Source of the DNA: an uncultured Bacteroidales bacterium
GTDB taxonomy: Bacteria; Bacteroidota; Bacteroidia; Bacteroidales; WCHB1-69
Direction: 5' to 3'
Length of the DNA: 64,000 nucleotides
Assembly (NCBI GenBank): GCA_905233585.1
Contig: CAJOFD010000003.1
Location: 4,201-68,200, forward strand
Shown: positions 29,792 through 38,437 of the stretch, one piece after another
Layout of the letters: each line of letters begins with the position of its first letter
Position numbering within the stretch: position 1 is the first letter of the stretch
Made by a program: the position numbers and the translations under genes
The notes under the pieces: model-generated
Seen by the model: the letters and a program-made list of their open reading frames with translations, nothing else
The model's database searches: none
What the model was told of the DNA's origin: nothing

Positions 29792-31393
29792 TTATTCTGC
29801 TGCGTAATTTACATCATTGACTATCATTTGCAAGGCCATAGAGAGCTTCTCCATAAAGTCTCCGGCCGTCTCCGGACTGTCTTGGCTGCTTTGGAACATA
29901 TTCGTGTTTTCTCCTATCAGGCTGCCTATCGTGATATTGAAATTCTTGATATTCTTACCCCCGGCACTGATGGTTTCACTTGAGGTGCTCAAGTCGTTGT
30001 TGATGGTTTTTGTGTTGTCGGTGATTCCCAAACCCAAACTTGCCTGTAAATCCTTGCTCACACCTTTCAATGTCTTGCTCTTGTCAAAACTCAAGCTCAC
30101 TCCCTTCCATGCGTTGGCGGCGGCTTGGGCGTGTTTGGCCACTTCTTTTGCTCCTCCGCTTATCGCTTTTTTCCTCCGCTCTATGTCATCGCTTATTTCT
30201 TTCAGTGCCCGGTTGTTTTCTATTTCATCACCTTTGCCTAACAGCAGTTTTAACTTATACCATGCCTCTCTGAGTTTGTCTATGCCTATCATTATGCCGT
30301 TAATCATGGTGGTATATTTCAGTTTTACAACCTCTACAAACATCGCAAAGGTCTCTTTGGCAAAGGTTACTACGGCATCCCACAAGGTACCCCAACCTTT
30401 TATCTTCACGCACAAAAACACCACAATGGCTATCAAGGCAACTATACCCGCTATGACCAAACCAATGGGATTAAGAGACATGACTACATTTAATATTCCT
30501 TGTACTGTTATCCAACCTTTAATGGCCAATATTACAGCACCTATTCCAATGGATAAGATTTCAAACAATCCTTTATGGTCTTCAATAAAACCAACAACGG
30601 CCGTGCTTATCTCCAACAAACGTTCTACGATTGGAGCAAGGGAGGATTTTAGGTCTGTAACTAATTTGCCAATACGTTCTTTCAAATCCCCAATATTATT
30701 ACTTACTTGTTTCATGGCTCCTTCTGGTGTATTGGCCAGTGCTTCGTTCACTCCGCCAACGGCACTGCTCACCACTTCGGCCAAGGTGGCAGCACGTTGT
30801 TCTTCTGTGCCGAATTTCAGTATTTTCTCTTGGTTTTCGTCAAACTTGTAGCCGTAACGACTCAAGGCTCCCACCTGTCCGTCCATCACTTTCCCCATCA
30901 TGGTGGCTATATTCACGGCACTTTCTTGACTGGCGTTCATACCGTATTGTTGGGCTACCATGTCGTTCATCACCGGCATCAACTTCTTCAAAGTGTCGGC
31001 TTTGGTCAGATAAGTTCCCAATTCTTGAGCTCCTGCCAATTGAACCTCGTCGCCGATAACCCCCAATTTTTGTTGTGCCGATGCCAAGTCAAGTATGCTT
31101 TGCATTTCCTCCCGGCTCGCTCCCATGGTGTTCCGCATCACCTGTGCCAATTTTGTCTCCGCCTCCACCTGGGCATAACTCAAAGCTTCAAATCCCGACA
31201 ACTTACTTGTCAAGCCACTTATGGCATGGCTGATGGTTTCAAAGGCAAAGCCTACGTCACGTATTTTTGTTATCGTATTGGTGAAGTTAGTTACATGGCT
31301 TGTTGCTGTTTGTACACCCTGCGAAATGGCAGCAATGTTTTCTTGAGCGTTGCCTGTAATATTTATTGCAAATTGTACTGTATTATTTGACAT
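29792..31393 (-). CDS. tail tape measure protein
   Basis: 533 aa, Ala/Gly/Ile-rich, with central hydrophobic helices (ILSIGIGAVILAIKGWITVQGIL..., GLVIAGIVALIAIVVFLCV). Located after the sheath/tube/chaperone genes. Confidence 0.8.
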   Translation of the reverse strand: MSNNTVQFAINITGNAQENIAAISQGVQTATSHVTNFTNTITKIRDVGFAFETISHAISGLTSKLSGFEALSYAQVEAETKLAQVMRNTMGASREEMQSILDLASAQQKLGVIGDEVQLAGAQELGTYLTKADTLKKLMPVMNDMVAQQYGMNASQESAVNIATMMGKVMDGQVGALSRYGYKFDENQEKILKFGTEEQRAATLAEVVSSAVGGVNEALANTPEGAMKQVSNNIGDLKERIGKLVTDLKSSLAPIVERLLEISTAVVGFIEDHKGLFEILSIGIGAVILAIKGWITVQGILNVVMSLNPIGLVIAGIVALIAIVVFLCVKIKGWGTLWDAVVTFAKETFAMFVEVVKLKYTTMINGIMIGIDKLREAWYKLKLLLGKGDEIENNRALKEISDDIERRKKAISGGAKEVAKHAQAAANAWKGVSLSFDKSKTLKGVSKDLQASLGLGITDNTKTINNDLSTSSETISAGGKNIKNFNITIGSLIGENTNMFQSSQDSPETAGDFMEKLSMALQMIVNDVNYAAE

Positions 31394-31428
31394 TTTTTTA
31401 TATCTTTGCAGTCTAAAACTATTTGACG

Positions 31429-31575
31429 ATGTTTACTATTGTTATTTTTCTTTTATTAGTGATATTGGTGCCTATTGTTAGCATCTATCGTATTGTTACG
31501 TATTTTAGAGCGAAAAAGAAAAAAAAGGAGAAAGATACGATACAAATTGTCATCAATATCCACAAACAAGACTAA
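31429..31575 (+). CDS. 48-aa single-pass membrane peptide, antisense moron
   Basis: My translation: MFTIVIFLLLVILVPIVSIYRIVTYFRAKKKKKEKDTIQIVINIHKQD. A TATCTTTG -7 box at 31401-31408 lies 20 nt upstream. The ORF exactly fills the gap between the tape-measure start and the chaperone frameshift product. Confidence 0.45.
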   Translation: MFTIVIFLLLVILVPIVSIYRIVTYFRAKKKKKEKDTIQIVINIHKQD

Positions 31576-32039
31576 TTACTTCCTTTTTTCTCCGCTTTCT
31601 TCTTTCCTGATTTTTTCCAAGGCGGCTATCGCTATGGCCCATTCTTCGTCGTCCAATTTATCCGGATTGATGCCGAAATGGTATCGCAATTGGTAATCCA
31701 CATTCACAAATCCGTTGTGTTTTACCACCTCCTTGGCACGGGCTATAACTTTTTTAGTTCTGCCTCCTTTATCTCCACCAAATTCGCCAATTGGGCACTC
31801 ACACCAAAAAATTTCTCGTCTTCTTCTTTGATGCTTTCATCTCCACCCAACCAACAGTTGGCCAACAACACTTCGTTGGCTCTAATCGGGTCTGTGGTGC
31901 CTATGCTTGCAATGGCTTTCATCGTATTGCGGTCCGGCTTGTGCAAATAGCATACGCTGTCACCGACTACTATCTGGAACACTTCTTTGTGTTTTGCTTT
32001 CCATGCTTCTATTTGTTCTTTTGTTGCTTCTCCTGTCAT
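31576..32039 (-). CDS. tail assembly chaperone with programmed -1 frameshift extension (G/GT-type)
   Basis: The zero-frame ORF 31743-32039 ends ...AELKKL*. The slippery heptamer A-AAA-AAG (plus coordinates 31749-31755) lies 2 codons before the stop. The -1 frame continues open for 59 codons (VIARAKEVVKHNGFVNVDYQLRYHFGINPDKLDDEEWAIAIAALEKIRKEESGEKRK*) with no start codon of its own. Confidence 0.7.
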
Positions 32040-32108
32040 ATCTTTTTACTTTCTTGTTTTTAAAACTTAGTTAAAGGAGTAAGTGAAATTTCACTTACTC
32101 CATGATGA

Positions 32109-32543
32109 TTACTTCCATTCTATGTGTGACAATATCATTTCTATTTCTGCCGTGTTGCTGGTGTCGCCTTCGCTTATTTCCACGCCGTCTGTCTTGAACT
32201 GACAGTTACGCAAGCGGTGCGTTACTATCTTTTGACCGTTCACAGGCAAAAATTGAACGATAATATCAAAGGGTGCTATATCTTGCAGTCTTCTGGTGGT
32301 GCTGCTGTCTCTCAATGCTTCTATTTCACTGCGAAGCAGGGTCATCGATGCACTGCATTCTATTTTCCCGTAGCCTCTCGCAACAGGTCGCTGGCCAAGT
32401 CCGTAGATGTTTTCCATCGTCTGGCTGTCACTATAGCTTATTTTGGTGATGCCCACTACCGGAACTCCGCCTATGTTTACTTGTAAATTAGCCCAGCTGT
32501 GTGCCACTCCGTTTATTTCAGGTATTGTTCTTAATCCGTTCAT
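32109..32543 (-). CDS. tail tube protein
   Basis: 144 aa, immediately downstream of the sheath-size gene and upstream of the chaperone. Confidence 0.6.
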   Translation of the reverse strand: MNGLRTIPEINGVAHSWANLQVNIGGVPVVGITKISYSDSQTMENIYGLGQRPVARGYGKIECSASMTLLRSEIEALRDSSTTRRLQDIAPFDIIVQFLPVNGQKIVTHRLRNCQFKTDGVEISEGDTSNTAEIEMILSHIEWK

Positions 32544-32554
32544 CTTACTGCCTC

Positions 32555-33910
32555 CTATAATTTAGTTGTATAACCTATTTTTATCAGAACATGTCTCATC
32601 ACGCCAACAGGAACTTGTTTTATCACAATTTCCACTTCAGAGGTGGAAAGAACATTTTGTTCCGGGTCTATTTCCACTTTAAAGCCGCTCAGTTCTCCGG
32701 CCTTTTCCATGTCTTCCAAGGCTTTGTTGGCTGTTGTCTCCAAAAAGGCAACTGTATCCGATGCCAATTGGCCGCTTGTGGCATCCACCCGCAGCGGACT
32801 GTTCAAATACGGCAATAAATTGGCTCGAACTCCACGGCATGCCTTGTCAATAGTACGAACATTTTCTATATACGCATAGTCGCTCGTAGCCTCATCCAAG
32901 GTAAAACTGTCGTTGAAGTAATTGTCGGCATTGCCTACATGGGTGCGGACAAACAGGTAGCGATTGTCGTTTATCTTTTCCAGATTGGCAACTGTGGTGT
33001 CTTTTATCAATTCACCGGTTACCAATCCCGGACTGGCCAATCCTAACGGAAATTTTCCTACCCATGCTATGCTTTCATGAACTCCTGCTTTGCTAATGGT
33101 TCCCATACAGGCTCCTATACATCCGTAATAGGCGTAATGACCTAAACTTTGCACCAATTCGCTGGCCAAATCCAATCCTACCAACAAACTCACATTGCAG
33201 CGTCCGGCCAATACAGAATTGGGGGTGCCTGTCAATGTCGTAAATGTAAATCCGCTTACTGCTGCAGTAGTTACCGACATAGCCGTACCGCTTACTGCTA
33301 CCGTTACCGTTTTACCGGTTACCGTTACCACTACGCTCATCGGTTGGTGGGCTGCCTCCATCGCAGTGCACGCACTTTGATATTCGGCAAGTACGGAAAC
33401 CGTACTTCCTCCTGAAGTGTAGCTCAGTGATGGCGTAAACACTCCGCATTGGCGGATGCTGCCACCGGCATAGTTCTGCATCGCTTGCAGGTCTCCGCCG
33501 TTCACTTGGCTGCTGGCTGCAAACTTCACTCCCAAATACAAGGTGCCGCCGGCATGTTGGCGGAAAAATTCCTTCACATGATATACCAAAGCATTCACTG
33601 CAGCTATCTTTTGAAACTCTGCAACTTCACTGCCTGACGTATAAGCAGATTTCAACATTGATAGCTCCTGTGCTTTCAATCCCAAATCTTCCAATTCTTC
33701 TACATATCTCAGTTTGAAAACATACAAATCATTGCTTCCGTCTGTATCTTCCAACTTGTCGAATTGTAGTGCATTGTTTGAATTGATTAAGTCTGCTTCT
33801 GCTAATTCCGGCAAATACATCACCAAGCCGCTAATGGGGTCTTCGCTGGCTGCAGTTCTGCCCATACCGCCGTTTTGCTTGCTAAATCTTATGTCATTCA
33901 TCTTTCCCAT
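32555..33910 (-). CDS. contractile tail sheath protein
   Basis: 451 aa. Size and synteny (sheath-tube-chaperone-tape measure). Confidence 0.6.
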   Translation of the reverse strand: MGKMNDIRFSKQNGGMGRTAASEDPISGLVMYLPELAEADLINSNNALQFDKLEDTDGSNDLYVFKLRYVEELEDLGLKAQELSMLKSAYTSGSEVAEFQKIAAVNALVYHVKEFFRQHAGGTLYLGVKFAASSQVNGGDLQAMQNYAGGSIRQCGVFTPSLSYTSGGSTVSVLAEYQSACTAMEAAHQPMSVVVTVTGKTVTVAVSGTAMSVTTAAVSGFTFTTLTGTPNSVLAGRCNVSLLVGLDLASELVQSLGHYAYYGCIGACMGTISKAGVHESIAWVGKFPLGLASPGLVTGELIKDTTVANLEKINDNRYLFVRTHVGNADNYFNDSFTLDEATSDYAYIENVRTIDKACRGVRANLLPYLNSPLRVDATSGQLASDTVAFLETTANKALEDMEKAGELSGFKVEIDPEQNVLSTSEVEIVIKQVPVGVMRHVLIKIGYTTKL

Positions 33911-34097
33911 CGTTAATTTTTTTTGTTAATACTTTTTCTTGTGCTTCTATAGCGGTGCCTGAGTTTGTCGAAGGCACCTTATTTACATGCTTTATCGCTT
34001 TATCCATGGTATTAAAACACATGCCGTCAGGTGTTTTCCATTTGCCGTTTTCCAATACTATGGCATCTTCCGTTGTTTGCTTTTTGCTTCTTCCCAT
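33894..34097 (-). CDS. phage hypothetical protein
   Basis: 67-aa ORF overlapping the sheath start by 17 nt. Confidence 0.4.
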   Translation of the reverse strand: MGRSKKQTTEDAIVLENGKWKTPDGMCFNTMDKAIKHVNKVPSTNSGTAIEAQEKVLTKKINDGKDE

Positions 34098-34116
34098 TTT
34101 AAAAATTATTTAAAAT

Positions 34117-34416
34117 TTATTTCAACGCTATTGAAACACTGTCCACTTCTAAGTGGTAGGTTTTTTCCTGAGGCATGGTGATGGTGCCTTTGTTGTAGCG
34201 GCCATATATGGTGTTTTTGCTCTTGTCGGTTACATAGAGTTGCACATCCATCACCGTCATTCGCCTGTTCAGCAAGCTGTCTATCACCATGTGCTGCTCT
34301 TTCACATGATTTTGCAAGCTTCTCACATGCTTATGTTGCAAGCCCACTGCCGTGATCAATATTCCTATGGCACACAAGGCAGCTGCCCGTAATGCCCATT
34401 TCATCCATGTTTTCAT
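34117..34416 (-). CDS. membrane-anchored phage protein (lysis cassette, spanin-like position)
   Basis: Start reassigned to MKTWMKWALRAAALCAIGILITAVGL (ATG 34416), giving an ATGA overlap with the upstream stop. Single N-terminal TM. Confidence 0.4.
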   Translation of the reverse strand: MKTWMKWALRAAALCAIGILITAVGLQHKHVRSLQNHVKEQHMVIDSLLNRRMTVMDVQLYVTDKSKNTIYGRYNKGTITMPQEKTYHLEVDSVSIALK

Positions 34417-34727
34417 AGGCTGTCTTCGTGTTTGCGTTTTAACTCTACATTCACAGGGCATTCTTGTGCCATCGGACAGGTAGGTATCTTTTCCACCGCT
34501 TTCCGGAATCGCTGAACCTCTCTTCGCAATGAGTTCATCTCCTTTTTCAGTGGTTCCACCACATATTCCATCACTATTTTGCTGGCTTTTTCTTCATTGT
34601 CCAACTCTTTGCCCCTTATATCGGCCTGCATTTGCTCCTTCGTCTGTCTTAATTTCAACAAACTTATCAGCAATCCGCTGCCAAATACTACATTCAATAT
34701 CACGCTAATCAATTCCAATACGTTCAT
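34413..34727 (-). CDS. membrane protein with coiled coil (holin/spanin-like)
   Basis: N-terminal TM MNVLELISVILNVVFGSGLLISLL followed by a charged helical region. Confidence 0.4.
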   Translation of the reverse strand: MNVLELISVILNVVFGSGLLISLLKLRQTKEQMQADIRGKELDNEEKASKIVMEYVVEPLKKEMNSLRREVQRFRKAVEKIPTCPMAQECPVNVELKRKHEDSL

Positions 34728-35134
34728 AGCTTTATCTTGTTTTGTAGGTTAAATCCTGCTTTCACTTGCTCCATGTCGGCATCAACTCCGTTTTCCGACC
34801 GGCTCATGGCAGCAACTATTTTTATATAGTCGCTGCCGCTTCGCTCAGTCAGTGTCCGGTACCTGTCAACGCCACTACGCCTTTCCACATGGGATATGTA
34901 ATTGGCGGTATTGTTCCCATCATTGGCAGGTGCCCAACTTCTTATTATCCTATCTACAGTGTTTTTTCCTTGTTGTAGGTAAGTGTAGAGAATTACGAAT
35001 GCCGCCCTGTATCCGTACGCCATACTTACAAATTGCTTGAATGCTGAATCCGTTGATTCCTTTTCACCTTGAAACTTATCTTTGCTCTTGCGGATATTCA
35101 AGGGATTGTTGTTTCGTAATCCTCTGCTTACCAT
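34724..35134 (-). CDS. putative cell-wall-active / lysis-associated protein (RNNNPLNIR motif family)
   Basis: GLRNNNPLNIRKSKDKFQGE...AYGYRAAFVIL...SWAP.NDGNNT..YI is a conserved phage family I recognise but cannot name. Sits upstream of two TM proteins. Confidence 0.4.
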   Translation of the reverse strand: MVSRGLRNNNPLNIRKSKDKFQGEKESTDSAFKQFVSMAYGYRAAFVILYTYLQQGKNTVDRIIRSWAPANDGNNTANYISHVERRSGVDRYRTLTERSGSDYIKIVAAMSRSENGVDADMEQVKAGFNLQNKIKL

Positions 35135-35150
35135 CTTTCTTCTATTTTAA

Positions 35151-36269
35151 TTATGATGCGTGATATTCCTGGATTAAACCCAACACACCTTTACCATCAG
35201 CTCTGCGAGCTCGGCCGCCTAATCTTTGCAAGAAGGAATAAATATCTCCGTAATAGGTCGGGTCGCCTTCGTTGGTGTACATCACCGTGTTGCCCAAGGC
35301 TCTCGCCACACAGCTCTTGTGCCAGAATATGCCGTAGCAACAATCAGTTGTTCCGGCTGCCTTGCTGCCGTTTTCTATGTTGATATAATCCTCTACGCTA
35401 TAAGTTAAGTCGTTGCCGCTTGTCCATTTGAAATATTGCGTTCCGCTTACTTGGCTCAAAGTGCTGTTAGATGCCATCAAGGTAGTGCTGCGTTCCAATA
35501 TGGTAAATCCTTCCAATGCTTTCAGTCTGCCCGTTACATTGTCATATACTGCTCCTAATACATCGTTGGAAGCATTGCGTACTTCAGAACACAATTGCTC
35601 ATACATCTCCGAATTTAAGATAACGTATCTGTCAGCTTTTGGTAAATTCCATTTGTTGAATATCACTTTGGCTTTGGCAAAGTCGGCTATTGATACGCCG
35701 GTTCTAAGGTTGCTGCCATGAATGGTATTGTTGGCATGTTTAGTAGCACTTGCTTTGATAAAATAGGTGGGTCGCCAGTTGTATAGCATCGCTTCTGCCA
35801 CCACTTCGTGCAAGTTGGCCATGTCTTCATACATACAGCTTTCCATCTTGTCGTAGCTGAGTTCTACTTTGTCGGCATTGGGGATAAATCTCGGGTCGGT
35901 AGTAAATTCGTCCAAAGCATAGGTGATGTCTATATCTCTTCTGCGAGTAACACTTGCCGGCAACGATGTTCTGTTTCTTTGCACACCGCTGGCAGCTCCT
36001 GCCTGTGGAATGTGTACCACTGTGCCGCCTATCACATATTGTGATTCATCCACCGATTCCAACAAAAATTCGTTGTTTTTAAACAAATTACCGATAATGT
36101 AATCTGTCCATATCTCCGGTGTAACGGCCATACCGAAACTTCCTGCCGGTATTTTCACAAAATTGGAGGCGACAAAAGTAGCCGCTCCTACTACGGGGCT
36201 GAACATCGCCCCGACAACTGCGGCAAACAATGCCGCTAACATTACTCTTAAAATTAAACTTCTTTTCAT
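35151..36269 (-). CDS. putative major capsid protein
   Basis: 372 aa, downstream of the protease/scaffold gene and a small head protein; called by synteny. Confidence 0.55.
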   Translation of the reverse strand: MKRSLILRVMLAALFAAVVGAMFSPVVGAATFVASNFVKIPAGSFGMAVTPEIWTDYIIGNLFKNNEFLLESVDESQYVIGGTVVHIPQAGAASGVQRNRTSLPASVTRRRDIDITYALDEFTTDPRFIPNADKVELSYDKMESCMYEDMANLHEVVAEAMLYNWRPTYFIKASATKHANNTIHGSNLRTGVSIADFAKAKVIFNKWNLPKADRYVILNSEMYEQLCSEVRNASNDVLGAVYDNVTGRLKALEGFTILERSTTLMASNSTLSQVSGTQYFKWTSGNDLTYSVEDYINIENGSKAAGTTDCCYGIFWHKSCVARALGNTVMYTNEGDPTYYGDIYSFLQRLGGRARRADGKGVLGLIQEYHAS

Positions 36270-36315
36270 TTCTTTCTTTTTTTTAATTTTTTAATTCTCA
36301 ATTTTCATTTTTCAA

Positions 36316-36708
36316 TTATCCGACAAGTATCCACGCACTGCCGTCCCACACTATCATTTTCACAACTGTGGTGCTCGCTGTTCCGGCTATCGTGCCTACC
36401 GTGGTGTCTGTATCTTGTTTCACCGTTACGTTTCTTGCCGTGCCGTCACTGGTAGATTTTACCACCACTTTCGCTCCGGTGCCCAAATTATCTGTAGGCG
36501 TCAATGTCAGCGTTGCAGCGGCACTCAAAGTGCCCAAATCCACGATGGTCGTGTCTCGGTTCACTTCTACCGTCGCAGCATTGCTGCTCAATGTCGGGCT
36601 TACTTTTTCAACGGTTGGAAACATCACTTCTACTTTCTTGCCTTCATCGGCTCCTATACTCGGTGCCTTGAAGTTGTAACTTGAATTCTTTTCTTTATCT
36701 ATCCACAT
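36316..36708 (-). CDS. small head protein (decoration-like), Thr/Val-rich
   Basis: 130-aa ORF between the protease-scaffold and capsid genes. Confidence 0.4.
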   Translation of the reverse strand: MWIDKEKNSSYNFKAPSIGADEGKKVEVMFPTVEKVSPTLSSNAATVEVNRDTTIVDLGTLSAAATLTLTPTDNLGTGAKVVVKSTSDGTARNVTVKQDTDTTVGTIAGTASTTVVKMIVWDGSAWILVG

Positions 36709-36714
36709 ATACTC

Positions 36715-37884
36715 TTAATTTTTGGGTTCGAAACCGAACTTCGCTTTGAAAAGTTCTTCGTATCTCTCCGGGTTATTCTTTTTTAAATTTTCCAATTTGC
36801 CGCTGCGGTGATATTCGTCAAAGCCCCATTTTTCTTCACCTTTTGGCAATTTTTCCTCTTGTGCAAGACCGGCCTTTACTCTCGGTACGGCTGCTAACTT
36901 GTTCAACACTTTTTCTGTGTTCTCATAGTCCTGCTCTGCCAACTTGGTATAGGTGGCTCTGTCGTCTTCGCCTATACGTTTGTCTGCTATGGCAGCATCT
37001 ATCAAGTTTTTAACCTTGCTTTTCTCCATCGCTTCTATTTTCGCGGAGAGTTCTTCGTTTTTCTTTTGCTCTGCCTGCAAGGAATTTTGCAGAGTCTGTT
37101 CCTTCTCGCTCAACGCTTTAACACGTGCCAATACTTCTTGCTCTGTGGAATTGGCCATGTTCAAAACGCCGGCGACTTTCTTTAATACTTCGTCCATAAT
37201 TTTATTATTTTTATTTAAATTAATTATTTGATTGTTATAATAGTTGAATGCACTCCGTGCATCTGTAATCTTTTTCAGTTCTTTTATCTGATTGTTACGG
37301 GTGATAATTTCGTCGCACAAGCCCGCTTGCTTCGCTTCTTCCGCACTCAGCCAGTGGTCTATACCGTCAAAATAGGCATTCCGTGTTTCCTCTACGCTCT
37401 TGCCGATACGCTCTGACATCATCTCTATCAGCGTCCCCTCAAAATTGTCCATCATCGCCGCTGATGCACGTATCTCATCGCTGTTGCCATACGTATAGCC
37501 GCTTACCCTGTGATACATAAACTTAGCATGCTTGGCAGCACATACCTTGTGCTTCTTGTTCGTCATCAGCACTGCCATCATGCTCGCCGCTATCCCGTCA
37601 ACCACCCATGTCACCTCTATGTCTGTCCGGTCAAGGTAATTGTACAAGGCACTCCCTTGTGCAACCTCCCCCCCGTCGCTGTTCACGTAGAAGGTAAACT
37701 TCTTCACTCCTTCTTTCCGCTTTTGCTCTATTTCTGCTATCAGTACGTTCGTGTCTATGTCCATCATCCTGCCAATAATACCGTACAGGTAAATTTCACA
37801 ACTGTCTTTTTTTGCCATTGCTTTTTCTATCTTTTTTTCAAATTCCGCTGCAAAGATAATTGCTTTTTTTATGCCTTTTTTCAT
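36715..37884 (-). CDS. ClpP-like head maturation protease fused to coiled-coil scaffold
   Basis: YVNSDGGEVAQGSALYNYL, GIAASMMAVL (Ser) and FMYHRVSG (His). The C-terminal half is a charged coiled coil. Confidence 0.75.
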   Translation of the reverse strand: MKKGIKKAIIFAAEFEKKIEKAMAKKDSCEIYLYGIIGRMMDIDTNVLIAEIEQKRKEGVKKFTFYVNSDGGEVAQGSALYNYLDRTDIEVTWVVDGIAASMMAVLMTNKKHKVCAAKHAKFMYHRVSGYTYGNSDEIRASAAMMDNFEGTLIEMMSERIGKSVEETRNAYFDGIDHWLSAEEAKQAGLCDEIITRNNQIKELKKITDARSAFNYYNNQIINLNKNNKIMDEVLKKVAGVLNMANSTEQEVLARVKALSEKEQTLQNSLQAEQKKNEELSAKIEAMEKSKVKNLIDAAIADKRIGEDDRATYTKLAEQDYENTEKVLNKLAAVPRVKAGLAQEEKLPKGEEKWGFDEYHRSGKLENLKKNNPERYEELFKAKFGFEPKN

Positions 37885-37990
37885 TTGTATATAGTTGTAG
37901 TATAATTATATATATATTATTTACATTTAAAAAAATTAGAGGTAAAACATGGTACTTTTGCAGCAGTTTTAAAACAAAAAAAAGCGAATT

Positions 37991-38437
37991 ATGACAAACC
38001 TGACAATCGAACAAAAAAAGGATTACGCCCGTCAGCTCTACCTCAACGATTCCGGCATCACGCAGGCCGAAATCGCCGACCGTGTCGGCGTTTCAAAGGT
38101 TACCCTCTGCAAATGGGTCAAAGACGGCAAATGGCAGGAACTGCAAACCTCTTTGCTTGTCGGCAAAGAAGAACAATTGGCTCGCCTATATAGACAGTTG
38201 CGGTTGCTCAACGATGCCATCGAAAGCAAAGAAGACCAAAAATTCGCTACCTCCAAGGAAGCCGATGCCATTCTAAAACTTACCGTGGCTATCAAAAACT
38301 TGGAGACCGAAACCAATATCGCAGAAAAAATGGCTACAGGCAAAGAGTTTTTGGCATACGTAAGAAAAACCGCTGGTTTTGACACCAGCAAAGATGTCGC
38401 TAAATTGTTCAACGCTTATATCAAATCTTGTTTATAA
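37991..38437 (+). CDS. terminase small subunit-like HTH protein
   Basis: HTH ITQAEIADRVGVSKVTLCKWVKDGKW. Overlaps the terminase large subunit start. Confidence 0.55.
   Translation: MTNLTIEQKKDYARQLYLNDSGITQAEIADRVGVSKVTLCKWVKDGKWQELQTSLLVGKEEQLARLYRQLRLLNDAIESKEDQKFATSKEADAILKLTVAIKNLETETNIAEKMATGKEFLAYVRKTAGFDTSKDVAKLFNAYIKSCL

Noticed and set aside
29817-30851. Long antisense ORFs in the track: 29817-30851 (+), 30707-31390 (+), 27932-28738 (+), 17766-18407 (-), 3917-4564 (-), 39085-39627 (-), 44037-44648 (+), 7528-7980 (-), 8211-8738 (-).
   Set aside because: Each lies entirely inside a longer opposite-strand ORF that has clear family motifs or synteny. Their translations are low-complexity (Ser/Leu/Phe/Cys-rich), and they lack promoters or coupling signals. 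They are shadow ORFs.
36715-36735. tRNA-like T-arm string ggttcgaaacc.
   Set aside because: It lies within the C-terminal codons of the protease/scaffold gene (FGFEPKN on the minus strand), with no acceptor or anticodon arms around it. I found no tRNA, rRNA or tmRNA genes in the window.
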